This document shows positions 9,764-20,435 of a stretch of DNA of 64,000 nt, in pieces (the first letter of the stretch is position 1; each line of letters starts with the position of its first letter). Source of the stretch: a bacterium (GTDB taxonomy: Bacteria; UBA8248); the NCBI GenBank assembly GCA_965213625.1, contig CBDBZU010000004.1, positions 3,680,001 through 3,744,000 of the forward strand. Direction: 5' to 3'. Below the pieces are notes generated by a model, which saw nothing but the letters and a program-made list of their open reading frames with translations, was not told the DNA's origin and made no database searches. The position numbers and the translations under genes were made by a program.

Positions 9764-12700
9764 ATGGGAACCAATGACATCTATCCTATGCGCACTTCCA
9801 TCAGGAGCAGTCAAGGTACGCCCTCGCGTCCGAAAAATTCACTTATCCGGCGTGCACGGACCTCAATGGCCGCCTTCGCTCTCGTGCCGGCTGCCGTCTT
9901 CGCCCTCATCGTTGGAGAAACGATGGCGGAAAACGAATGCGGTCCTCCCGAACCCGGGCGAGAGATAAGATGCTCTCCCACAAACTACGACTCGGCCGAT
10001 AAGGGCAACATTTTCTATTCCCCCGGAGCTGCGAGCGGTAACTTCAAGATCAGCCTCATCGACGGCCTGGTGATCGACTACGACCGCGACGACCCCGATG
10101 ACGACGTCGGCTTTTCTCCCTCCGACCCTGCAAACCCTATCCATAGCGCCGTCTCGATCATACCCGGAGACACAGATTACTCAGGCGACATCACGATATC
10201 TTCATCCGGCGAGATTACCTCGAACGCAAAAGGCATCTCCGGAGTGCTTCCCGGTGGAGCGGGCGATCTCCGCGCCGAGTTAACAGGCGGAAGCATTACG
10301 ACCAGGGGCAATCGCGCCGCCGGTGTTGAACTCTTTCATGAAGGCGCAGGCGACGTCGTCATTAAGGCCCGGGACCTCGCCATCCTTACGAACGGTTCGG
10401 TCGCCGATGGTATCGGGGCCACTCATAAAGGCGAAGGTGAGATTGGCATAGACGTCCGGGACGTCACCATCACGACGCTGGGCAGGAATGCAGATGGCGT
10501 CTATGGTTTTCATGAAGACCCTGAGTATGAAACCGAGGTCGAGAGTCAAGCCGAGAACGATATTCATATCAACGTCCAGGACACCGGAATCACTACGGGG
10601 GGCGATGAAGCCGAAGGCATCCTCGTGATTCAGGAAAAAACCGGCGAGATCGAAATCGTTGCGCGCGACACCCTCATCCAGACGGATGGCGATGGCGCGG
10701 AAGGCATACACGGGCTTCATCGAGATGAGGGCGATGTCAATATCGCGGTGCATGACACCAGGGTCATTACGACGGGCGCGGGCGCTTCCGGGATACGCGG
10801 CTCCCATGGCGGGGTGGGCGATATCGGTATCGATCTGAGAGACGCCACCATCGAGACCGAGGGGGATAACGCGGACGGCGTCTATGGATTCCATGTTGGT
10901 GACGAGGGAGATATCCGCATCGATGTTCGGGGCGGCGGCGTAACGACAAGGGGCGATGAAGCCGAGGCCGTTCGTGGAACTCTTGAAGGCAAGGGAAGGA
11001 TTCGCATCGACTTGCAGGGCATTGACCTCGTGACGATGGGCCAAGGCTCCGAGGCCGTCATTGCTGTTCATTCAGGATCGGGCGACATCGAAATTAGCGT
11101 GCATGACGTTTCTATCGCCACTGAAGGTCAGGAAGCCGGAGGCGTCCATGGACTTCATCAACGCAACAGCGAAGGTGACGTCCTTATCGACGTGCAGAAC
11201 ACCCAAGTCACGACAATGGGTGCGGGAGCCTATGGGGTCCGTGGCTCCCATGGAGACCTTGGTGACATCAACTTCGACTTAGAGCACGTCACAATCACTA
11301 CACACGAAAGGAACTCCGATGGCGTCTATGGATTTCATGTAGGTTCCGAAGGCGCGATCCGTATCGACGCGCAGAGGGGCGGCATAACGACCAGGGGCGA
11401 TGATTCCGAGGCCGTCCTCGCTATTCATGAAGGCTTGGGCAATATCGATATCGACCTGGCGCAAGTCGCCATCGAGACGGAGGGCGAAAGCGCAGAGGGC
11501 GTCCATGGTCTTCACAGAGAAGACGGAAACATCCGCATCAACGCACAGGGCGGCTCCATTACGACGCAAGGCGCAGAGGCATCCGGGATCCGTGGGACGC
11601 ACGGCGGTACGGGTGACGTCGAGATTAACCTTTCGCAAATCGGCATCACTACCGGGGGAAGGAACGCCGACGGCGTCTACGGTTTTCATGTTGGTTCAGC
11701 GGGCGATATCCGCATCGACGTGCAGGGTGGTGGTGTAACGACCAGCGGCGATGAAGCGGAGGCCGTCCTCGCTATTCGCGATGGCGCCGGAGATATCGAA
11801 ATGGCCGTGCGCGACACCCACATACTGACGGAAGGCCAGGGAGCTGAGGGGATTCATGGGCTTCATAGAGAAATCGGCGATGTTCGCATCGACGTCCGGA
11901 AAGCGGAAGTCACGACATCGGGCGTGGCGTCTACTGGAATCCGAGGCTCCCACGGCGGCACGGGCGAAATCGACATCCACGTTCGCGACACTGATATCGC
12001 CACATTGAACAACAGGGCCCACGGCATCGCAGCCTATCAGGGGGGTTCGGGTTCGGTCCGCATCGTCGTGGATGGAGGAAGCGTCCATGCCACCGGTATC
12101 GACGCCAGCGGCGTTCAGGTGGGCAACGTCAACTCCCGGGGGCGCGTGACGCTCGCGGCCGAAGTGAGTGAGGACGGCTACAGGAAACAGAGCGTCACGG
12201 TGAACGGCTCCGTGACCGGCGGCTTGGGCAGGAACTCGGCGGGCGTGTTTCTCGCAGGAGGCGGCAAGGTCGTCATCGGACCGAAGGGAAGCGTCGGGGC
12301 GGAATCGCGGGTCGCGATTCTCGCGGCGGGAGATACGCCCAAGCTCCACGTCGACATGAATCTGGACGGCCGCCGGGTAGAGCAGGTCATCGGCGAGAAC
12401 TTCATTCAGAACCTCGAAGGCGAGATTACCCTGCTGATCAACAGCGTCATGCTACACGACGGCGCGTCGGGCGCCACCGGCCTCGAAGCCCCGAACGGGG
12501 CGTGGGACGTCAACCTGCTTGAAAGTCCGACCATCGCGACCGGGCTCATCTCATATGAGGACTTCTCCGCCGTCTACGCGCCCCGCGCCGCAGTCTACGA
12601 GGCCCTGCCCGGCTTCCTGCTTCGCCTGAACGCTCGGGGTGCAGCGGGAAAACGCATTGCATCTTCCGATTCGCCCGTATGGATCAGGCTCTCGAACGGG

Positions 12701-13480
12701 CAGGGTTCGTATGAGGCCGAGCGCGCGAGCGTGGGCGCGAAATACGACTTCAATCACTTCGGAGCGGAAGCCGGCTTGAATTTCTCCATGGGTGAGACCC
12801 TCACCGGCTCCATCTCCGCACGCTATACGGGCGGCTCTGCGGAAGTCGAATCGCCAGTCGGGAACGGCGAACTAGAAGCGAGGGGAATCGGGGCGGCACT
12901 CGGCGCTTCGTGGGGCAATGCGAGCGGCTATTACGCGGCCGGCCGCGCCGCCCTGACCGACTACGAAGTAGACGCTTCCACCGAAAAACGAGGCCGATTG
13001 ACCAGGAACGCAGGCGCGCTCGGTTATTCCGTCGGCATCGAGGCGGGCCGGCGCATCGAGCTGGACGAGAAGATACTGGGTCAGGAGATGAAGCTGACGC
13101 CCCGGGCGTGGGTGTCGGGCGCAGGGTTCCTGAGCGCCGACTTCACCGACGCGGTGAACTCACGCGTCTCGCTGGACGATACCCGTCTGCTCACAGGCGG
13201 CCTCGGGCTCATCGCCGAAATCGCGCGCTCATGGGTCGAGGGTGGGCTCTCCCTACGCATCTCGCTGGATGTAGAGCAGACGCTCGGCGGCGCGGAGACT
13301 GTCGCCGTGGTATCGGGCGAGAAACTCGAATCGGAATCAGGGAAAAACCGTGTTCTTTTGGGCATGGGCGGCGTCTACCGCCAAGGGCCGTTCTCGCTGG
13401 GCGCAGAACTCTCCGCCGGCGGTCTCGGCTCGGACGATGAGGCATACTCCGGACGCCTCGATTTCGGGATGAAATTCTAG
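9764..13480 (+). CDS. Autotransporter with repetitive beta-helical passenger
   Basis: Signal-like N-terminus, about 20 Gly/Asp/Thr-rich 29-aa repeats, YAPRAAVYEALP linker, beta-barrel ending in F. Confidence 0.88.
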   Translation: MGTNDIYPMRTSIRSSQGTPSRPKNSLIRRARTSMAAFALVPAAVFALIVGETMAENECGPPEPGREIRCSPTNYDSADKGNIFYSPGAASGNFKISLIDGLVIDYDRDDPDDDVGFSPSDPANPIHSAVSIIPGDTDYSGDITISSSGEITSNAKGISGVLPGGAGDLRAELTGGSITTRGNRAAGVELFHEGAGDVVIKARDLAILTNGSVADGIGATHKGEGEIGIDVRDVTITTLGRNADGVYGFHEDPEYETEVESQAENDIHINVQDTGITTGGDEAEGILVIQEKTGEIEIVARDTLIQTDGDGAEGIHGLHRDEGDVNIAVHDTRVITTGAGASGIRGSHGGVGDIGIDLRDATIETEGDNADGVYGFHVGDEGDIRIDVRGGGVTTRGDEAEAVRGTLEGKGRIRIDLQGIDLVTMGQGSEAVIAVHSGSGDIEISVHDVSIATEGQEAGGVHGLHQRNSEGDVLIDVQNTQVTTMGAGAYGVRGSHGDLGDINFDLEHVTITTHERNSDGVYGFHVGSEGAIRIDAQRGGITTRGDDSEAVLAIHEGLGNIDIDLAQVAIETEGESAEGVHGLHREDGNIRINAQGGSITTQGAEASGIRGTHGGTGDVEINLSQIGITTGGRNADGVYGFHVGSAGDIRIDVQGGGVTTSGDEAEAVLAIRDGAGDIEMAVRDTHILTEGQGAEGIHGLHREIGDVRIDVRKAEVTTSGVASTGIRGSHGGTGEIDIHVRDTDIATLNNRAHGIAAYQGGSGSVRIVVDGGSVHATGIDASGVQVGNVNSRGRVTLAAEVSEDGYRKQSVTVNGSVTGGLGRNSAGVFLAGGGKVVIGPKGSVGAESRVAILAAGDTPKLHVDMNLDGRRVEQVIGENFIQNLEGEITLLINSVMLHDGASGATGLEAPNGAWDVNLLESPTIATGLISYEDFSAVYAPRAAVYEALPGFLLRLNARGAAGKRIASSDSPVWIRLSNGQGSYEAERASVGAKYDFNHFGAEAGLNFSMGETLTGSISARYTGGSAEVESPVGNGELEARGIGAALGASWGNASGYYAAGRAALTDYEVDASTEKRGRLTRNAGALGYSVGIEAGRRIELDEKILGQEMKLTPRAWVSGAGFLSADFTDAVNSRVSLDDTRLLTGGLGLIAEIARSWVEGGLSLRISLDVEQTLGGAETVAVVSGEKLESESGKNRVLLGMGGVYRQGPFSLGAELSAGGLGSDDEAYSGRLDFGMKF

Positions 13481-13717
13481 AGCGCGGACGAAAGACGATA
13501 CCCGGCCAGAACCGCGCCGCGCGAAGGATCTTCCCCGGGAGGGGATTACGCCACGCAGGCGCGCGCCTCTCCGGGAACCTCCCTCCACCGCACGGGCTTG
13601 TCCCTCCCCGGTCGGTTTTTAACCACGCAATTGTCCGCATTTGCCGTCATGACGCAGGCCTGCGAGCGCGCCGGAATCGGATTGCGAACCGTCCTGTCGA
13701 ACCAGGACTGAATTTCC

Positions 13718-13755
13718 GAAAATATCGATAAATTCACGGGGTTTTTCGATAAATT
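13718..13755. repeat. AT-rich dispersed motif AAATATCGATAAATTCACGGGGTTTTTCGATAAAT, copy 1
   Basis: Near-identical copies at 50732-50779 and 53253-53287 (reverse strand). Confidence 0.7.
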
Positions 13756-13936
13756 CATGATGTTTATCAATAAAAAAACTGGTGTGTTTTTCTGAAAATT
13801 CCCAGCCCGAATGAGGCCGAGAATGCCGCTGATTCTACACCGGAGCACCCCGCGCATTTGCTCACGGCTTTCCGTTCAAGGACCGAACGTGGTATATTCA
13901 TACCATATCTACGCTGCCATTGGAGATGCGCCATAT

Positions 13937-16738
13937 ATGGAGACGAATCCTCAGGACATTGGGGAAGTACCGGTAGGAGAGAACGGCTCGTCCCTATCGA
14001 CGAATGGAGCGCAACAGGACGGTCCCGACGATTCGAAGTTTCTGCCCGACTCTGCGAGCGCGCCCACTTCGGCGGATGAAACGGAACTCGACAAGGTAGA
14101 AACCGACGAGTGGCTGGAATCGCTCGACTACGTCCTGCAAACCAGGGGTCCCGAGCGGACGAAAACCCTCCTTCGTCATTTGCAGGTTCATGCGGTGCGC
14201 GCGGGCGTCGTCCGTCCATTTTCGGCGAATACGCCGTATATCAACACCATACCGCTGGAAAAACAGCCCTCATTTCCTGGAGATCGGGGGATTGAGCGAC
14301 GCATCAAGAGCCTCGTACGCTGGAACGCGATGGCCATGGTGGTGCGCGCCAATGCCGAGGACCCCTCCATCGGCGGACACATCTCTACATACGCCTCGGC
14401 CGCTACGCTGCTGGAAATCGGGTTCAACCACTTCTTCCGGGGAAAGAACCATCCCAGCGGTGGCGACATCGTCTACTTCCAGGGCCACAGCGCACCCGGC
14501 ATTTACGCCAGGGCATTTCTCGAAGGGCGCCTGACGGAGAGAAACCTCGAGAACTTCCGGCGAGAGCTTAAAAAGGGCGGCGGCCTCTCCTCCTACCCAC
14601 ATCCCTGGCTGATGCCCGATTTCTGGGAATTTCCCACCGTATCGATGGGCCTCTCTCCCCTGATGGCGATATACCAGGCACGCTATCTGCACTATTTGGA
14701 AGATCGCGGCCTCAAGCCCGCAACGGGCCAGAAGGTATGGGCGTTTCTAGGCGACGGTGAGATGGACGAGCCAGAATCGCTGGGCGCCATCACCCTGGCC
14801 GCTCGGGAAAAACTCGATAATCTGATTTTCGTCATCAACTGCAATCTTCAGCGCCTCGACGGCCCGGTGCGCGGCAACGGGAAAATCATCCAGGAACTCG
14901 AGGCCGCCTTCCGGGGCGCGCGATGGAACGTCATCAAGGTTATCTGGGGGGATGACTGGGATCCGCTCATCGCGATGGATGACGAGGGTGTCCTGCTCCA
15001 GCGAATGAACGAGACGGTCGATGGTCAGTACCAGAAATACAGCGTCGAGACGCTCAGAAAAGGTGATTACGTGCGTGAGCACTTCTTCAGCGGCGACCCT
15101 CGGTTAGAGGCGATGGCCGACATGATGACCGACGTTCAACTCCACAGAATGCGACGCGGGGGACACGACCCCGAAAAAGTGTTCGCAGCCTACCAGGCCG
15201 CCATGAAGTGTAAGGACCGCCCCACGGTCATTCTGGCCAAAACGGTGAAAGGCTATGGCTTGGGCGAAGGGGGCGAAGGCAGGAACGTCACCCACCAGCA
15301 GAAAAAACTCAACGAGGATGAACTCAAGGAATTCCGCTCGCGATTCGAGATTCCCATATCCGATGAAGAAATCGCCGAAGCGCCGTTTTACCGGCCGACG
15401 GAAGATAGCCCCGAAATCCAATATCTCAAGGAAAAGCGGGACAAACTCGGCGGGTATGTCCCCACGAGGCGGAACGTTTCCACGCCGCTCAAACCGCCAC
15501 CAGACGCGTTATTCGAAGAATTCTGGCAAGGCACGGATGGGCGTGAAGTATCGACAACCATGGTATTCGTCAGAATCCTGAGCAAGCTGCTCCGGGATGA
15601 GGGATTGGGCAAACTCATTGTACCCATCGTACCCGATGAGGCCAGAACGTTCGGCATGGAATCATTGTTCCGGCAAATCGGGATATACTCCCACGCCGGG
15701 CAGTTGTATGAGCCCGTCGACCGTGACAGTCTCCTTTACTACAAAGAAGCGCAAGACGGACAAATTCTCGAAGAAGGAATCACCGAGGCGGGTTCGATGG
15801 CTTCTTTCATCGCTGCCGGAACCGCCTATGCCACCCATAGCGTGAACACCATCCCGTTCTACATTTACTATTCGATGTTCGGCTTTCAGCGCATCGGCGA
15901 CCTGATATGGGCAGCGGCGGACATGTGCGCCCGCGGCTTCCTGATCGGTGGGACAGCCGGCAGAACCACACTGAATGGGGAAGGACTCCAGCACCAGGAC
16001 GGCAACAGCCACCATCTGGCTTATCCGGTGCCCAATCTTCTTACATACGACCCGGCTTTCGCATACGAGATGGCTGTGATTATTCAGGACGGCATTCGCA
16101 GGATGTATCACGAGCAGGAGAAAATCTTCTATTACCTCACCGCCTACAACGAAAACTATCCCATGCCGCCCATGCCGGAGGGAGCACAGGACGGCATATT
16201 GAAGGGTATGTATCTCTTCAAGCGCTCGGAGATGGACTCGGGCCTCAAAGCGCAGTTGTTGGGCAGTGGCACCATTATGAACGAAGTGCTTAAAGCGAAG
16301 GAAATCCTGGAGACACGCTATTCGATTGCCGCAGATGTCTGGAGCGTCACGAGTTACAAGGAACTCCGGCGAGACGCTCTCGAAGTCGAGCGATGGAACA
16401 TGCTTCATCCGGATAGCGCACCGAAAACTCCCTACGTGACGCAATGCCTCGCGCGTGCGCCGGGCGTTTGTGTGGCCGCCTCGGATTATGTGAAGGCCAC
16501 GCCCGATTCGATTTCGAAATGGGTTCCCAAACCAATGATATCTTTGGGTACCGAGGGCTTCGGAAGAAGCGAATCGAGAGCTTCGCTTAGGGATTTCTTT
16601 GAAATCGACGCGCGCTATATCGTGCTCGCTACATTGTACAGTCTTGTGCGGGACAAGAAGATATACCCCGAACTCGTGAACAAAGCGATGAAAGACCTGG
16701 AAATCGACCCCGAAAAAAACAACCCGATGATTTCCTGA
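13937..16738 (+). CDS. aceE: Pyruvate dehydrogenase E1, homodimeric type
   Basis: GGHISTYAS, PTVSMGL, GDGEMDEPES ThDP motif, LQRLDGPVRGN; start at METNPQ. Confidence 0.96.
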   Translation: METNPQDIGEVPVGENGSSLSTNGAQQDGPDDSKFLPDSASAPTSADETELDKVETDEWLESLDYVLQTRGPERTKTLLRHLQVHAVRAGVVRPFSANTPYINTIPLEKQPSFPGDRGIERRIKSLVRWNAMAMVVRANAEDPSIGGHISTYASAATLLEIGFNHFFRGKNHPSGGDIVYFQGHSAPGIYARAFLEGRLTERNLENFRRELKKGGGLSSYPHPWLMPDFWEFPTVSMGLSPLMAIYQARYLHYLEDRGLKPATGQKVWAFLGDGEMDEPESLGAITLAAREKLDNLIFVINCNLQRLDGPVRGNGKIIQELEAAFRGARWNVIKVIWGDDWDPLIAMDDEGVLLQRMNETVDGQYQKYSVETLRKGDYVREHFFSGDPRLEAMADMMTDVQLHRMRRGGHDPEKVFAAYQAAMKCKDRPTVILAKTVKGYGLGEGGEGRNVTHQQKKLNEDELKEFRSRFEIPISDEEIAEAPFYRPTEDSPEIQYLKEKRDKLGGYVPTRRNVSTPLKPPPDALFEEFWQGTDGREVSTTMVFVRILSKLLRDEGLGKLIVPIVPDEARTFGMESLFRQIGIYSHAGQLYEPVDRDSLLYYKEAQDGQILEEGITEAGSMASFIAAGTAYATHSVNTIPFYIYYSMFGFQRIGDLIWAAADMCARGFLIGGTAGRTTLNGEGLQHQDGNSHHLAYPVPNLLTYDPAFAYEMAVIIQDGIRRMYHEQEKIFYYLTAYNENYPMPPMPEGAQDGILKGMYLFKRSEMDSGLKAQLLGSGTIMNEVLKAKEILETRYSIAADVWSVTSYKELRRDALEVERWNMLHPDSAPKTPYVTQCLARAPGVCVAASDYVKATPDSISKWVPKPMISLGTEGFGRSESRASLRDFFEIDARYIVLATLYSLVRDKKIYPELVNKAMKDLEIDPEKNNPMIS

Positions 16739-16759
16739 TACAGATCCCGAGGGAGTTCC

Positions 16760-18139
16760 ATGACCATTGAACTCAAACTCCCCGAACTCGGGGAAAACAT
16801 CACGTCCGGAAAAGTGATTGCCGTATTGGTGAACGTGGGTGAAACCATAGCGGTGGATCAATCGGTCATCGAGGTTGAAACCGACAAGGCGCTCATCGAA
16901 GTTCCCTCATCCGTCGGGGGCAAAATAACGGAAATTCATCTCAAACCCGGTGACGACGCCGAGGTGGGAGAAACCATTCTTATCATCGAAGAAAACGATG
17001 CGGGCATGGAGCCTACGCGTAACAAGGAGATTTTCGAGGAAATTTCGACAGACACCGGTGAGCGGAACGACCCGGAAGAAACCCAGCCCTTGCTGATAGA
17101 CGAACCCGCACCTTCTTTAGAGACAATGGGCGAAGATGCCCCGGTGACGGAAGCCGCAGAGGACCCGCCCGAGGCGCCTGCGCCTGAGACTACCGAAAAT
17201 TTATCGCCAAAGCTCACAAAAGAGCCCGCTCCTGCAGCGCCCTCTGTACGCAGAATCGCTCGCGAGGCGGGCGTCGACCTAAGCAATGTGACAGGCAGCG
17301 GGATTGGAGGCAGGATATCTGCACAAGACGTCAGGGAATTCGTGGCGGCGCAAGGGGGCTCCGCCGTCCCGGATGCGCCTGCTCCCGCACTGATGAGCGT
17401 ACCTGTTCAACTGCCTGACCTCACCCGATGGGGTGCGATTGAACGCAAACCCATGTCGGGGATCAGGCGTGCGACGTCTGTGAATCTCACCCGTGCCTGG
17501 ACAAGCATCCCTCATGTGACTCAATGCGAAAAAGCCGACATTTCCGAACTCGATGTTTTAAGAAGAAAATTCACTCCGAAAGCGGAAGCTGCCGGCGGCA
17601 AACTCACCGTAACCGCCATCCTCCTGAAAGTCATCGCTTCTGCTCTTAAGGTCTTCCCGCAATTCAACGCGAGTGTAGACACGGCAACCGAAGAGATCAT
17701 CTACAAAAACTATGTTCATGTAGGTGTTGCCGTGGACACCGAAAATGGTTTGCTCGTTCCGGTAATTCGCGATGTGGACAAGAAGAACATCATCGAGTTG
17801 TCGGTGGAACTGGGCGAAGCCGCAGAGCGCGCTCGCTCACGAAAACTTGCCCCGGATGACATGCAGGGCGGTTCCATCACCATCACGAACCTCGGCGGCT
17901 TTGGCGGCACGTATTTCACCCCGATAGTGAACTGGCCCGAAGTCGCGATTCTCGGCGTCTCCCGAGCACGCATGGAGCCGGTTTGGGCGAAAGCCGAGGA
18001 AAAATTCGAACCGCGCCTGATGCTCCCGCTGATGGTTTCTTATGATCACCGCGTGATAGACGGGGCGGATGGCGTCAAATTCCTGCGGTGGGTGGCCGAC
18101 GCGTTGGAAGAACCCATGCTCATGAGTCTTGAGGGTTAA
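16760..18139 (+). CDS. aceF: Dihydrolipoamide acetyltransferase E2 (one lipoyl domain)
   Basis: ETDKA lipoyl motif, APSVRRIARE E3-binding motif, DHRVIDGA. Confidence 0.93.
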   Translation: MTIELKLPELGENITSGKVIAVLVNVGETIAVDQSVIEVETDKALIEVPSSVGGKITEIHLKPGDDAEVGETILIIEENDAGMEPTRNKEIFEEISTDTGERNDPEETQPLLIDEPAPSLETMGEDAPVTEAAEDPPEAPAPETTENLSPKLTKEPAPAAPSVRRIAREAGVDLSNVTGSGIGGRISAQDVREFVAAQGGSAVPDAPAPALMSVPVQLPDLTRWGAIERKPMSGIRRATSVNLTRAWTSIPHVTQCEKADISELDVLRRKFTPKAEAAGGKLTVTAILLKVIASALKVFPQFNASVDTATEEIIYKNYVHVGVAVDTENGLLVPVIRDVDKKNIIELSVELGEAAERARSRKLAPDDMQGGSITITNLGGFGGTYFTPIVNWPEVAILGVSRARMEPVWAKAEEKFEPRLMLPLMVSYDHRVIDGADGVKFLRWVADALEEPMLMSLEG

Positions 18140-18275
18140 GCGAACCTCCCAGGGGCAAAAGCGACAGCTTGAACTTTCATGACGGGTAATCACGCTCCCA
18201 GAACCCTCTGAATCGAGCGTCTCCACCGTCATCCATAAGCAACCCTCCCCGAATTATCTTTTGGATATCTTCTTG

Positions 18276-18854
18276 ATGGCGAATCTCGTGGGTGACTGGA
18301 ATTTCTTGCAATACTGGTGGTGGAAACCCTACATCAAACCCCTCATCGGTCTGGCATGGTTTGCAGGCGTCATCGCGCTCGGAGCGATCATCTTCTTCGT
18401 CGTCATGGGAAGCGCCAGACTCTCCGAATACAGAGAAGCCCTCTTCCCTCCCAAAGAACCCGAGATTCCCGAAGACGAAGCGGCCCTCGTCGAGTTTATG
18501 GAGTCTTTCTTCCCGGAAGTGTCTGAAGAGGAAATTCTGTTCATGGAACAAATCCTCGACGACGTCATGAAGGAGGATATCCATCCGCAGATGGCGCGTG
18601 AAATCGAAGCCCGGGGCATCCCCGTTCGGCTGCTGGCACTCCCGCCTCCCGAAATCGTACGCGCAGTGGGGAGCTATCCCGTGGCCGTGTGGATTCCTCG
18701 CCTGAACGCGATTGAGATATACGCATCGGTCGTCAAAAGCGAATGCAGGCGAGTCCCGAGGCGCTACCGAGAAAAAATAGGCAATTTACTATTGCACGAA
18801 ATCGGTCACGCCCTGGGTCTGGATGAGGTGAAAATCAAGGACTTCGGCGTTTAG
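18276..18854 (+). CDS. Membrane-anchored zincin-like metallopeptidase family protein
   Basis: N-terminal TM segment, IEIY..HEIGHALG. Confidence 0.65.
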   Translation: MANLVGDWNFLQYWWWKPYIKPLIGLAWFAGVIALGAIIFFVVMGSARLSEYREALFPPKEPEIPEDEAALVEFMESFFPEVSEEEILFMEQILDDVMKEDIHPQMAREIEARGIPVRLLALPPPEIVRAVGSYPVAVWIPRLNAIEIYASVVKSECRRVPRRYREKIGNLLLHEIGHALGLDEVKIKDFGV

Positions 18855-18859
18855 CGGCT

Positions 18860-20374
18860 CTATTTCTCCGCGCCGTGCCCGTTGCGTTCTGCGGGGTCGG
18901 TCACTTCCAAACTACCCTTAAGCCCGAACAGACGCTGCATTTTCTTCCTGAAGGACGGGGTAAAAAGCTTTTCGGCATAAAATCTCCCCGCCACCCTTTT
19001 ATTCACCTGCGCCAGCGTAGGATACACGTGAACCGTATCCACCACTTCTTTGATGTGCATCTTCTTCCGGACGGCCAGTACGAACTCGTGCAATATCTCT
19101 CCCGCTGCAGGCCCGACCAAATCAGCCCCCACGAGCCTGCCCTTCTCGTCACACACCACCTTGCATATGCCTTCGGTTTCCCCGTCCAGGACGGCTCGGT
19201 CCACCCGGCTCATCGGAAAGCGAAAAACTTGTACGCGATTCGCCCCCAAGGCAGCTTCGGCGTCAGCTTCGCTCAAGCCGACGTGCGCCGCCTCGGGCGT
19301 GGTGTAGATTGTCCAGGGCACGGCATCATAGTTCGTCTTTTTTTTGAGAAACGGGAGCGGAATCCCGAACGGCGCGCTGAAAAGCATGTTCCTGAGCGCC
19401 ACGCCTGCTTCATACTCTGCCATATGGGTGAAGAGAAACTGCCCCCGGATGTCACCGGCGGCGAAGATGCGCGGATTCGCGGTTTGAAGATATTCATTCG
19501 TCTCCACACCGCGTTGGGTATAATTTACGCCCGCCTTCTCCAAATCCATTCCACCCACGTTGGGCGATCGGCCAGTCGCGATGAGCAGTTGATCGCACAC
19601 CCACTCTCTTTTCCCCGATGGCGTATCGGCCTCTAAAAAAATTCCTTCCCCTCGCTTCTCGACTCTTTGCGTGTTCACATTGAAATGGAGTTTCATGCCG
19701 GACTCCGTCAACGAATCCGAAAGAATTTCGGCCATTTCCATATCGAGCCTCGGCAAGAGCTTCGGCGCGCTTTGCAGCACTTCCACATCGGCGCCGAGTT
19801 GCTGAAACGCCTGTGACAGTTCCAGACCTATCGGTCCCGCTCCCAACACCACCAGGCGTCTCGGCAATTCTTCCAAGTCGAAAACGGTTTCGTTCGTGAG
19901 ATAGGGCACGCTTTCGAGACCGGCTATGGGCGGCACGAAAGGAGAACTCCCCATGGACAGTAAAAACCGCTTGGCCCGCAGGGTTCTGTCCCCAATCTGA
20001 AACGTATCGGGACCGGTGAAAGCGCCATCTCCGAAGATCACCTCGATTCCCATTCCTTCGAAACGCTCGGGCGCGTCGTGCTCGCCGATGTGGGCCTGGG
20101 CCGCCTTCATACGCTTCATGACGCGGGGAAAATCGACCCGCACATCGCTTACGTCAATCCCGAATTCGGGCATCAAGCGCGCCTGCGCCGCCAGGCGAGC
20201 CGAGCGAATCAGTCCTTTCGAAGGCACGCATCCATAGTTCAGGCAATCCCCGCCGAGCTTCGCTTTCTCCACGAGCGCGGCTTTAGCCCCCAGTTGGGCA
20301 GCCCCAACGGACGCTACCAGACCGCCGACTCCCCCCCCGATGGATACCAAATCAAACACCGACTCATTTTGCAT
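18860..20374 (-). CDS. Class I pyridine nucleotide-disulfide oxidoreductase (Lpd/MerA-like family)
   Basis: GGDCLNYGCVPSK, GAGPIGLE, HVYPT; no C-terminal Cys pair. Confidence 0.88.
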   Translation of the reverse strand: MQNESVFDLVSIGGGVGGLVASVGAAQLGAKAALVEKAKLGGDCLNYGCVPSKGLIRSARLAAQARLMPEFGIDVSDVRVDFPRVMKRMKAAQAHIGEHDAPERFEGMGIEVIFGDGAFTGPDTFQIGDRTLRAKRFLLSMGSSPFVPPIAGLESVPYLTNETVFDLEELPRRLVVLGAGPIGLELSQAFQQLGADVEVLQSAPKLLPRLDMEMAEILSDSLTESGMKLHFNVNTQRVEKRGEGIFLEADTPSGKREWVCDQLLIATGRSPNVGGMDLEKAGVNYTQRGVETNEYLQTANPRIFAAGDIRGQFLFTHMAEYEAGVALRNMLFSAPFGIPLPFLKKKTNYDAVPWTIYTTPEAAHVGLSEADAEAALGANRVQVFRFPMSRVDRAVLDGETEGICKVVCDEKGRLVGADLVGPAAGEILHEFVLAVRKKMHIKEVVDTVHVYPTLAQVNKRVAGRFYAEKLFTPSFRKKMQRLFGLKGSLEVTDPAERNGHGAEK

Positions 20375-20435
20375 CTTTATATCCTCTCCAGACGGCGAAA
20401 AGCGTCTCTCCCTTAACGAACGCGAACCAGTCCGC

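Noticed and set aside
10200-12120. Possible CRISPR array or DGR template/variable repeats
   Set aside because: The repeats are degenerate in-frame protein repeats with synonymous variation; no constant repeat-spacer pattern, cas gene or reverse transcriptase
18860-20374. Mercuric reductase merA
   Set aside because: Lacks the C-terminal vicinal Cys pair and any mer context
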